The position numbers and the translations under genes were made by a program. Shown one piece after another: positions 1 through 7,832 of a DNA stretch of 64,000 nt. Under the pieces are notes generated by a model. It was not told the DNA's origin, searched no databases, and was given only the letters and a program-made list of their open reading frames with translations. The stretch lies in IMG/VR virus record IMGVR_UViG_3300021963_005223, positions 1 to 64,000 of that record. The stretch is one strand, 5' to 3'. Positions within the stretch are counted from its first letter, which is position 1. Each line of letters opens with the position of its first letter. The DNA comes from a virus.

Positions 1-4
1 TTAT

Positions 5-81
5 GTGGGTGTGCTGCTGAATGGTTAGGCGACGGATTGCAAATCCGTTTCATGCAGGTTCGAGTCCTGTCACCCACTCCA
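5..81 (+). tRNA. tRNA-Cys(GCA)
   Basis: Acceptor stem GTGGGTG/CACCCAC, anticodon arm ACGGA-TTGCAAA-TCCGT, GGTTCGAGTCC T arm, encoded CCA. Confidence 0.9.
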
Positions 82-103
82 TGTTTTTGCAATAAAATAA
101 TAC

Positions 104-132
104 TTTACAAATAATATGTTGTAGTGTATAAT
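104..132 (+). promoter_or_regulatory. sigma70-like early promoter
   Basis: TTTACA-17 bp-TATAAT upstream of tRNA-Glu. Confidence 0.8.
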
Positions 133-146
133 TATTATTCTTTAGT

Positions 147-221
147 GCTCGGTTCGTCTATCGGTTAGGACACTGCCCTTTCACGGCAGGAAGAGGGGTT
201 CGATTCCCCTACCGAGTACCA
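147..221 (+). tRNA. tRNA-Glu(TTC)
   Basis: Cloverleaf with CTGCC-CTTTCAC-GGCAG, T arm, CCA. Confidence 0.93.
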
Positions 222-460
222 TATTTGATTATATTGGGTTACCAATACCAGTAGGATAACTTACACTTGGCTGCATCGACGGATGTGGGGTGATTAAGTT
301 ATCAGGAAAGATGGAAACGAAGCTGAAATCAGTAAGCGGATACGGTGGTCACGCTGGATAAAGTTGGAGCGTAATGTATGATGCGACCAGTCGTAGGACG
401 ACTACGTGGTTAACCATCGAGTGATGGTTGTTGCTGATTATCCCAGTGTAATCAAATATG
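222..460 (+). ncRNA. putative structured ncRNA 1 in tRNA cluster
   Basis: Non-coding interval closed by a ~22-bp inverted repeat (217-238 / 442-463) with G-U-compatible differences. Confidence 0.6.
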
Positions 461-585
461 GTATTAGTTTAGCTGACGTAAGCCATTGAGTAAACGTCAA
501 CTCTCCGTAACCATATCAATAAACAGTAAACTCGAGTAAAGCTGTTGAGGTATGGCAAATAGTGCGTCAGCTAAACTAATATCAT
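461..585 (+). ncRNA. putative structured ncRNA 2 in tRNA cluster
   Basis: Closed by TATTAGTTTAGCTGACG / CGTCAGCTAAACTAATA, with internal stems. Confidence 0.6.
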
Positions 586-670
586 GGAGATGTAGGAAAA
601 TTGGTAACCCCAGCTGACTGTAAATCAGCCACCTCTGGTACTGCTTGTTCGACTCAAGCCATCTCCACCA
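586..670 (+). tRNA. tRNA-Tyr(GTA)
   Basis: GGAGATG/CATCTCC, GCTGA-CTGTAAA-TCAGC, long variable arm, CCA. Confidence 0.9.
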
Positions 671-677
671 AATTTTA

Positions 678-754
678 GGTGCGTTAGTTCAGTTGGTTAG
701 AATACTTGCCTGTCACGCAAGTGGTCAGGGGTTCGAGTCCCCTACGCATCGCCA
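678..754 (+). tRNA. tRNA-Asp(GTC)
   Basis: Canonical cloverleaf, CTGTCAC loop, GCCA end. Confidence 0.95.
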
Positions 755-760
755 AGTTGA

Positions 761-834
761 CGCAGGTAGGTCAAGTGACCCACATGGTCTCATAAGCCAT
801 AGTGAGAGTGGAGCGTTACCACTACCTGCAACCA
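761..834 (+). tRNA. tRNA-Met(CAT), initiator-like, atypical
   Basis: C1:A72 mismatch, ATGGT-CTCATAA-GCCAT, non-canonical T loop AGCGTTA, ACCA end. Confidence 0.75.
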
Positions 835-841
835 AATGTAT

Positions 842-924
842 GCCCTGATGGTGGAATTGGTAGACACGCTGGTCTTAGAAGCCAGTGCGCAAGCGTGAGA
901 GTTCGAGTCTCTCTTGGGGCACCA
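842..924 (+). tRNA. tRNA-Leu(TAG)
   Basis: CTGGT-CTTAGAA-GCCAG, long variable arm, ACCA. Confidence 0.93.
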
Positions 925-1136
925 TTGTTGAGAGTTTGTGCGAAAGAGTAAGCAATCCAAACTGTTATGGAAGATAACCATCCTTATCAAGTCAGCCCAA
1001 TATCTGGGAAATAGTAGAATGCTGATGCTACGTGAACGATACGATTAGGAGAGCGGTGGCAAAGTTCAGAAACTGAATGACCTTAAACGTCTAATTTGCA
1101 ACACGTGCTTAAACATGCAACAGTACTCTCAACAAT
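925..1136 (+). ncRNA. putative structured ncRNA 3 in tRNA cluster
   Basis: Perfect 16-bp closing stem CACCATTGTTGAGAGT (920-935) / ACTCTCAACAATGGTG (1125-1140). Confidence 0.6.
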
Positions 1137-1212
1137 GGTGATGTAGCTTAGTAGGTAGAGCAATTGCTTCATACGCATTAGGTCAGTGGTTCGATCCCAC
1201 TCATCACCACCA
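1137..1212 (+). tRNA. tRNA-Met/Ile2(CAT)
   Basis: GGTGATG/CATCACC, TTCATAC loop, CCA. Elongator Met versus lysidine-Ile cannot be resolved by eye. Confidence 0.85.
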
Positions 1213-1218
1213 GAATTA

Positions 1219-1295
<77 letters not shown>

Positions 1296-1311
1296 AGATA
1301 TATAAGAGTTA

Positions 1312-1385
1312 GCCCTATTAGTTAAATGGTAGAACATCGGTTTTGTAATCCGAGGATGGCAGTTCGATTCTGTCATGGGGCACCA
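1312..1385 (+). tRNA. tRNA-Thr(TGT)
   Basis: Cloverleaf, TTTGTAA loop, CCA. Confidence 0.92.
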
Positions 1386-1393
1386 AAGTTTAT

Positions 1394-1468
1394 TCCCTAG
1401 TAGCTCAGCGGTAGAGCAGCAGACTGTTAATCTGTTGGTCCGTGGTTCGATCCCACGCTGGGGAGCCA
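1394..1468 (+). tRNA. tRNA-Asn(GTT)
   Basis: Canonical cloverleaf, CTGTTAA loop, GCCA. Confidence 0.95.
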
Positions 1469-1488
1469 ATATAATATAGGAGATAGTT

Positions 1489-1617
1489 ATGGCAGGTAAA
1501 GGAAGTGTTAGTAAACATAATAGAGTAATTAAGAAAACTTGTCAGAATGGAAGTAAGACAAGTACATTAAATAAGTCTAAAAAGAATCATAAGAAGTATA
1601 GAGGACAAGGTAGATAA
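1489..1617 (+). CDS. small basic protein, 42 aa (MAGKGSVSKH...KKYRGQGR)
   Basis: AGGAG RBS. Lys-rich, with a C-terminal YRGQG motif seen in small proteins of T4-like phages. Too short for the ORF track. Confidence 0.75.
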   Translation: MAGKGSVSKHNRVIKKTCQNGSKTSTLNKSKKNHKKYRGQGR

Positions 1618-1625
1618 AATAATTT

Positions 1626-1701
1626 GGGGGTATAGCTCAGCTGGGAGAGCAGTAGCTTTGCAAGCTAAAGGTCGTCGGTTCGATCCCGACTACTTCCACC
1701 A
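1626..1701 (+). tRNA. tRNA-Ala(TGC)
   Basis: Cloverleaf with G3:U70, TTTGCAA loop. Confidence 0.93.
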
Positions 1702-1706
1702 AAATT

Positions 1707-1782
1707 GCCCACATAGCTCAGCTGGTAGAGCAACTGATTAGTAATCAGTAGGTCACGTGTTCGAATCATGTTGTGGGCACCA
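1707..1782 (+). tRNA. tRNA-Thr(AGT)
   Basis: GCCCACA/TGTGGGC, ACTGA-TTAGTAA-TCAGT, CCA. Confidence 0.9.
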
Positions 1783-1794
1783 AAAAATAATGAT

Positions 1795-3159
1795 ATGACA
1801 AAAAATATCGGAACATGTTTAAGTAGAAGTGACAGAGTTGCCATAATTGATCTAACCAAATCTCAAGAAAGTAAAATTACTCATAAACAGTTAGATGATT
1901 ATTCTAATGCTGTTTGTAATAAACTGCTTGAGATTGGAATCAATAAAGGTGATTCTGTAGCACTACATTCAAATAATAATACACAAGCAATCATTTACAT
2001 GTATGGTATAATGAAAGCTGGTGCTGTTTGTTTGTTGATGAATCCAAATTTTAAAGATAAACAATATATTTTAGATATCACTAAACCCAAGTTAATTGTA
2101 AATCAGAGCGATAATTATCTTGGTGAATTAAATGATTTTAGTGATAATTCTGTTGAAGTTAATGAAACTGATTTAGCATTCTGTATGTTTACTTCTGGTT
2201 CAACAGGAAAACCTAAAGCTGTTTTACATACTCATAAAAACAGATATTGGATTATTGAGAAGCATAAAGTCAAACACGATAAGCCAAGAAAATTTTTAGT
2301 TGCAACATCGATGCATTATGCAAGTGCTTTATCAAACATACATCAACAGATAAACTCAGAAAATACTTTGGTTTTGTTTGATAAAGTAGATCCTATTAAA
2401 ATTATATCTTCCATAGAGAAATATCAAATTACAGATATCTCTGCTCCTGCTGCAGTTATGAACATGTTATTGAAGCATGAAAATATGTTCGAGCGTGTAA
2501 ATTTATCATCTGTTAAATTCGTTACTCTCGGTTCTTCTATCGTTAGAGAAGCAACTATTAAAAAACTCAAATCAATTTTCCGAAATGCTTATGTAAAAAT
2601 CTATTATGGAACTTCTGAGTTAGGTCCAAATCTTTTTGCAGAACATCCGTCTTTACCAACTCCAGATATGAGTGTAGGATATGCTGCTGATGGTATAGAG
2701 TATAGAATTGTTGATGGTGTTTTGCAAATTAAAACACCATCGTTGTTTTATGGATATGTGAACAGTAACAAAAATTTAACTGAAGATGGGTTTTACAATA
2801 CAAACGATTATTTCACTGTAGATAAAAATGGTTTTTATTACTGTCACGGTAGAGCAGATGATTGCTTTAAATCTGGTGGTAACATGATCAATCCATATGA
2901 AATTGAAGCATTACTAGAACAGTTTCCAAATGTAATCACTGCAGTTGTAGTTCCAAAAGAAGATGATATTAAATTGTTTAAACCAGTTTGTTATGTCTCA
3001 ACCAAAGGTAAAATATCTATCGAGAATCTAAAACAATTTGCGCTAGATAAATTAGAAGCATATAAAGTTCCACGAGAATTTTATCTTTCTGAAATTCCAT
3101 TGACCAACAATGGAAAAATTGATAGAACTAAACTTAAGGAAATGACTAATGCGAAATAA
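1795..3159 (+). CDS. AMP-binding acyl-CoA synthetase / adenylate-forming enzyme
   Basis: FTSGSTGKPK, YGTSE, GRADD and NGKIDR motifs. Start moved to ATG 1795 because the 1768 start overlaps the tRNA. Confidence 0.9.
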   Translation: MTKNIGTCLSRSDRVAIIDLTKSQESKITHKQLDDYSNAVCNKLLEIGINKGDSVALHSNNNTQAIIYMYGIMKAGAVCLLMNPNFKDKQYILDITKPKLIVNQSDNYLGELNDFSDNSVEVNETDLAFCMFTSGSTGKPKAVLHTHKNRYWIIEKHKVKHDKPRKFLVATSMHYASALSNIHQQINSENTLVLFDKVDPIKIISSIEKYQITDISAPAAVMNMLLKHENMFERVNLSSVKFVTLGSSIVREATIKKLKSIFRNAYVKIYYGTSELGPNLFAEHPSLPTPDMSVGYAADGIEYRIVDGVLQIKTPSLFYGYVNSNKNLTEDGFYNTNDYFTVDKNGFYYCHGRADDCFKSGGNMINPYEIEALLEQFPNVITAVVVPKEDDIKLFKPVCYVSTKGKISIENLKQFALDKLEAYKVPREFYLSEIPLTNNGKIDRTKLKEMTNAK

Positions 3160-4027
3160 TAAAACAGTTTTAACTTGTGCAGTCACAGGTGCTGTAACTT
3201 CAAGAGAACAAACTCCACATCTACCTGTCACTCCAGAAGAAATCGCTACATCTGCACTAGAAGCAGCTGAAGCTGGCGCAGCTGTTGTTCATATTCATGT
3301 TAGAGATGTAATTACTGGTAGACCTAGCATGGAATTGGATCACTATCGTGATGTTGTTGATAGAATTAAGAAACAAAACAACGATGTTCTTATTAATTTG
3401 ACTACTGGTCCAGGTGGATTCTTTATTCCCGATTTACAAAGAATTGAAATTGCTGGTAAAGGTACTACTGTGTTTTCTGCAGAAAAACGTGTCAAACATA
3501 TTCAAATGATTAAACCTGATCTTTGCTCATTAGATTTTAATACAATGAATCAAGCTGGTGATGGTATTCGTCTAAATCATAAGAAGATTGTGAAACAAAT
3601 GCTGCATTTGATTCAAGAAGCAGGAACTAAACCTGAATTGGAGATTTTTGGTTCAGGCGATTTTATGCTGGCAAGAGAATATGTTAAAGAGGGATTGGTT
3701 AAAGGTAATCCTCTATGGCAATTTGCGTTAGGTGTTAAGTATGGATTTGAATGCACACACGAAGCAGTCAACTACTGTCAATCGATGTTGCCAGAAAATA
3801 GTTTATGGTCTGCGTTTGGTATCGGTAGAGAAGAAATGCCGATCGTAGCCAATACTTGGTTGTTGGGTGGTCATGTCCGTGTTGGATTGGAAGACAATAT
3901 ATATCTAGAGAAGGGTGTTTTAGCAAAAACCAATGCAGAGTTGGTCACTAAAGCAGTTAGAATAATCAAGGATCTTGGTGGTGAAATTGCCACTTATGAT
4001 GAAGCAAGAAAAATTTATTTGAGTTAA
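3149..4027 (+). CDS. beta-keto acid cleavage enzyme (BKACE / Kce / DUF849 family)
   Basis: TCAVTGA, EAGAAVVHIHVRD and HVRVGLEDN motifs. Confidence 0.93.
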   Translation: MRNNKTVLTCAVTGAVTSREQTPHLPVTPEEIATSALEAAEAGAAVVHIHVRDVITGRPSMELDHYRDVVDRIKKQNNDVLINLTTGPGGFFIPDLQRIEIAGKGTTVFSAEKRVKHIQMIKPDLCSLDFNTMNQAGDGIRLNHKKIVKQMLHLIQEAGTKPELEIFGSGDFMLAREYVKEGLVKGNPLWQFALGVKYGFECTHEAVNYCQSMLPENSLWSAFGIGREEMPIVANTWLLGGHVRVGLEDNIYLEKGVLAKTNAELVTKAVRIIKDLGGEIATYDEARKIYLS

Positions 4028-4028
4028 T

Positions 4029-4102
4029 ATCTCGATGGTGTAATGGCAGCATAAGGATCTCCAAAATCCTTGGTTGGGGTTCGAGTCCCTATCGGGATGC
4101 CA
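4029..4102 (+). tRNA. tRNA-Trp(CCA)
   Basis: ATCTCGA/TCGGGAT, AGGAT-CTCCAAA-ATCCT, GCCA. Confidence 0.9.
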
Positions 4103-4104
4103 AT

Positions 4105-4178
4105 GCGGGGTTAGTTTAATGGTAAAACTACAGATTTCCAATCTGTTGTTGAGAGTTCGATTCTCTCACTCCGCTCCA
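4105..4178 (+). tRNA. tRNA-Gly(TCC)
   Basis: GCGGGGT/ACTCCGC, TTTCCAA loop, TCCA. Confidence 0.93.
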
Positions 4179-4194
4179 TATTAAAGGAAGTAAA

Positions 4195-4935
4195 ATGGAA
4201 AATAAAGTTGTAGTTATAACAGGTGGTGCTGGTCAAGTTGGTTCAGCTACAGCAAAACGATTAGCCAGTAAAGGGTGTAGAATCGTTTTGATTGTTCGCA
4301 GCAAACCAGAACTAGCACAAAAACTATGTGATGAATTACCCAATTCAAATCTAGAACATTTCTATATTCAAGCATCAGTGACTAACAATGAAGAGATGCG
4401 CATAGCAGCTGCTCAAGTCAGGAATAAAGCTGGTAGATGCGATCTATTGGTCAATGCAGCTGGTGTTTCATATGGTAAATCAAATGATTCTCCTCTATCA
4501 ACAACTGAAGATACGTTACAAAAAACATTTGATGTAAATGTTAAAGGTATACTCAATACAGTTAATAATTTTTATCCTATGCTGAGAGAACGTACTGGTG
4601 TCGTTATCAATCTTTCCTCAATGGCTGGTTTTAAATCTAGATCAAATAGTTTAGCTTATTCTGCTTGTAAATCAGCAGTAAATATTATGACAGAATGCTA
4701 TGCTAAATCATTGGGACCAGTTAGATTTCTAGCTATTGCTCCTTCTACACTAGAAAACCCAACGAGTGGCAGGCAAAGAATGCCACCAAATATTGTAAAC
4801 ACATATAAAGAATCGATACCATTAAAAAGAATTCCTAATGGTAATGATGTAGCAGAAGTTATTGACAGTATTTTTAATGACATGAAATTTTTAAACGGCA
4901 ACATCATAAAATTAGACGGAGGGTTTAATTTGTGA
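4195..4935 (+). CDS. short-chain dehydrogenase/reductase
   Basis: TGGAGQVG, LVNAAG, YSACK (YxxxK) and LDGG motifs. Confidence 0.93.
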   Translation: MENKVVVITGGAGQVGSATAKRLASKGCRIVLIVRSKPELAQKLCDELPNSNLEHFYIQASVTNNEEMRIAAAQVRNKAGRCDLLVNAAGVSYGKSNDSPLSTTEDTLQKTFDVNVKGILNTVNNFYPMLRERTGVVINLSSMAGFKSRSNSLAYSACKSAVNIMTECYAKSLGPVRFLAIAPSTLENPTSGRQRMPPNIVNTYKESIPLKRIPNGNDVAEVIDSIFNDMKFLNGNIIKLDGGFNL

Positions 4936-4960
4936 TGGCATTTAAATAAAAAGGTATAAT

Positions 4961-5443
4961 ATGGGTGTAATCAACATTAATGAAGTTAAAGATTTTATCG
5001 AGTCACAGAGTCCTGAGACCAAAGTTTATATCGGTGGTGATTCTGAGCGATTTTTGATTGGAAAAGATTGGTACGCAGATTATACTTTAGTTATTGTTAT
5101 TCATATTAATGGTGACAATGGCTGTAAGATTTTTGGTGAAGTTCAACGTGAACGTGACTGGGATCAGAAACGTGATAGACCACGTATGCGATTAATGAAT
5201 GAGGTTTATAAAATCGCAGAACTATATAATAAATTACATGATGTTTTAGAGGATAGAGAAGTGCAGGTTCATTTGGACATTAACCCAGATGAAATGTATG
5301 GTTCATCGTGTGTAATAAATGAAGCTGTTGGTTATATCAAAGGTATGTGTAATGTTATTCCTATGGTTAAACCAAAAGCATTTGCTGCATCATACGCTGC
5401 AGACAGATATAAAAGTATCGCACCGAATAAAAGGGTTGCTTAA
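4961..5443 (+). CDS. RNase H-like YkuK (DUF458) family protein
   Basis: YIGGDS...VHLDIN...KPKAFAASYAAD pattern. Confidence 0.8.
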   Translation: MGVININEVKDFIESQSPETKVYIGGDSERFLIGKDWYADYTLVIVIHINGDNGCKIFGEVQRERDWDQKRDRPRMRLMNEVYKIAELYNKLHDVLEDREVQVHLDINPDEMYGSSCVINEAVGYIKGMCNVIPMVKPKAFAASYAADRYKSIAPNKRVA

Positions 5444-6180
5444 TGATAAAATATAATGTTGATGTATATGATGATATTGTACCAGAAGACTTACGATGGT
5501 CTGTTTGGGAATACATTCAAAATCAAACATTCCACGGAACGAGGAAGGATATCTCTTATCCAAACCCTGGATCTGCTATCTACTACAAACCTATCGAAAA
5601 CAAAAAAGAATATCTTGATGATACAGTTCCATCAGTGAACAATCAATATATTTATCGTTGTGTGTTTGGCAATTCAGATAATGAAGTTGAGTTTCGTCAC
5701 CCAATTATTTGGAAACTCTGGAAAACTATTAACAAGCATTTGGATAACAGATTCTCTATTTCTGGCGATGAGGAAGGAATAGCAGATAAATCACTTAAAT
5801 ACCCATTCTCTCGTTGTTATGTGAATGCGCAACCAGAAGAAACCATTAAAAGATCTCATGGTGTTCATCGTGATACCATCGACATGAATGAGACCAAAAA
5901 CTTCACGTTACTTTATATTGCAAACCTACAGTGGTATCCTACTTGGATGGCAGAGAATGTATTTTTCTCTGATGATGAAACTACCAGTGATACCCAACAA
6001 TTTCAAAAAGGTTTGGGACAATCTCGTGGTTTCCCAGTTGGAGAACCATTTAAAATTGTAACACCAATGGCAGGTAGAGTTATTCTTTATGATGGTAGAA
6101 CGCTACATACAACAAAACCTTGCGCACCATGGGCAGAACACATGCGGTATGCTGTTGTCTTTAGGATTAGAGAAAAATAA
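5443..6180 (+). CDS. 2OG-Fe(II) oxygenase
   Basis: HRD (HxD)...GRVILYDGRTLH...RYAVVF. Confidence 0.8.
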   Translation: MIKYNVDVYDDIVPEDLRWSVWEYIQNQTFHGTRKDISYPNPGSAIYYKPIENKKEYLDDTVPSVNNQYIYRCVFGNSDNEVEFRHPIIWKLWKTINKHLDNRFSISGDEEGIADKSLKYPFSRCYVNAQPEETIKRSHGVHRDTIDMNETKNFTLLYIANLQWYPTWMAENVFFSDDETTSDTQQFQKGLGQSRGFPVGEPFKIVTPMAGRVILYDGRTLHTTKPCAPWAEHMRYAVVFRIREK

Positions 6181-7604
6181 TGTTTTTTGATGATTATAAT
6201 GAATTTGTCAATGATGATCCCAGAAAGGGAAGAGCAGCTGTTCCAGTTACAGTTGAATCTTTAAGTAAACGATCAGCTGTTCTATTGCCAAAATGGTTAA
6301 TCAAAGATAAAACCATTTTAGATCTTGGACACTGTGTTGGTGCATTTGGTCATTGGGCACTATCCAATGGTGCCAAACATTATACTGGCATCGATATACA
6401 CGAAGAATTTTGTGACACTTCTACCAAACTATTATCAAAGTATTGGTCTGATGATAAATTTGAAATTCATACTGCAGAGATTAATAACTTTTTATTAAAT
6501 TCTAAAAACAAATACGACATCGTCTTAGCTGCTGGAATCATCCATGGTTATTTCGATGTCGTTTCATTACTGCGAAACATATCCAATGGTTGCTCTGATG
6601 TGATTGTAATAGAAACTATAGACATCGATGACTCAATCATACCTCAAATTCAATTTCGATATCACAATATGGCAAGCCCAGATGTCAATCAACCATATAC
6701 AGGTTGGACATCTGCGATCGGATTAAATGCATTGAATCATGTAATGCACGAATTTGACTTTGCTCAGTTTGGTGAAAGAGTATATCCAGAAAAGATAATT
6801 AACTCTCATGACTCATATAATCAAATCTTTATAAACGAAAAGCGTAGACCGATGGACGGAATGCCCAATAGGTTTATGATTAGGTATAAGAGAAATAAAA
6901 CAGTTAAGCATTCACTTGAAAATAATATAAAGAATGGAATAACAAACGAAAAAGCTACTTTAGTTCAACCTAAAGCTGTAGAACAAAAGATTTGGGAGTT
7001 TGATGAAGGAGTTGCTTCTAGATTTCAACAAGAAGCACTGACAAATATTCCAGATTACGAGCGTGTCGTTGACTTATGTTTACAGATAGTAAATGAGAAA
7101 TTTAAAAAGGGTGCAACAGTAGTTGACGTTGGTAGTGCACTGGGATATACTTTAGATAAATTTGCCAATGCTGGATATAATGTAATTGGTATTGAATCCA
7201 GCGAACAAATGAAATCTAAATCAAAACATCATGACAAAGTTGTCATCTCCTCATCATTTCCAGAATTATCTTGTGATGTAGTCCTAGCTAATTGGACGCT
7301 ACACTTTGTCAATGAGAGAAAAGAGTATATACAAAATATATACAACAATTTGAATCGATCAGGAGTTTTAATTCTGACTGATAAAACAACACAGTCAGAA
7401 ACAATTAAAAAATTATACTATGACTTCAAGCGTTCCAATGGTATTACTGAAGAATATATAAAAATGAAAGAAGAAATGCTCAAAGGATATATGAGCACTT
7501 TACCTGCTCAATGGTATATTGAAACTTTGCAGGAAGTTGGATTTATTAATATTCAAATAATAAATAGCAGACTTGGGTTTGTATCATTTTATTGCGAAAA
7601 ATAA
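6180..7604 (+). CDS. two-domain SAM-dependent protein: N-terminal CmoB-like methyltransferase fold plus C-terminal CmoA-like domain
   Basis: N-term ILDLGHCVG...GAKHYTGID. C-term WEFDEGVA..F...IPDY, NWTLHF, GVLILTDK, DFKRSNG. Confidence 0.75.
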   Translation: MFFDDYNEFVNDDPRKGRAAVPVTVESLSKRSAVLLPKWLIKDKTILDLGHCVGAFGHWALSNGAKHYTGIDIHEEFCDTSTKLLSKYWSDDKFEIHTAEINNFLLNSKNKYDIVLAAGIIHGYFDVVSLLRNISNGCSDVIVIETIDIDDSIIPQIQFRYHNMASPDVNQPYTGWTSAIGLNALNHVMHEFDFAQFGERVYPEKIINSHDSYNQIFINEKRRPMDGMPNRFMIRYKRNKTVKHSLENNIKNGITNEKATLVQPKAVEQKIWEFDEGVASRFQQEALTNIPDYERVVDLCLQIVNEKFKKGATVVDVGSALGYTLDKFANAGYNVIGIESSEQMKSKSKHHDKVVISSSFPELSCDVVLANWTLHFVNERKEYIQNIYNNLNRSGVLILTDKTTQSETIKKLYYDFKRSNGITEEYIKMKEEMLKGYMSTLPAQWYIETLQEVGFINIQIINSRLGFVSFYCEK

Positions 7605-7612
7605 AGGAAAAT

Positions 7613-7807
7613 ATGTTAACATTCAAGGAACAATGGGAAGCAAAAAAAGCATTGAAAAAGGCTAAGAAAAAAGCACGCAACAATGCAATAGAACAACATG
7701 GTATGGATAAAAAGACTGCCACTCGTGCTGTGAAAGATGCAGTTAAACGCATGACATCAGCACCGAAACAACAACCAATCACCAAAGCAGCTGGACGTGG
7801 TGGGTAA
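7613..7807 (+). CDS. small basic hypothetical protein
   Basis: AAGGA RBS before ATG 7613. Lys/Ala-rich. Confidence 0.6.
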   Translation: MLTFKEQWEAKKALKKAKKKARNNAIEQHGMDKKTATRAVKDAVKRMTSAPKQQPITKAAGRGG

Positions 7808-7832
7808 TTATTATTTTTAACTTGGAGAAATT

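Noticed and set aside
222-460. Hammerhead ribozyme or group I intron
   Set aside because: No CUGAUGA core or P7 consensus found, and no interrupted gene
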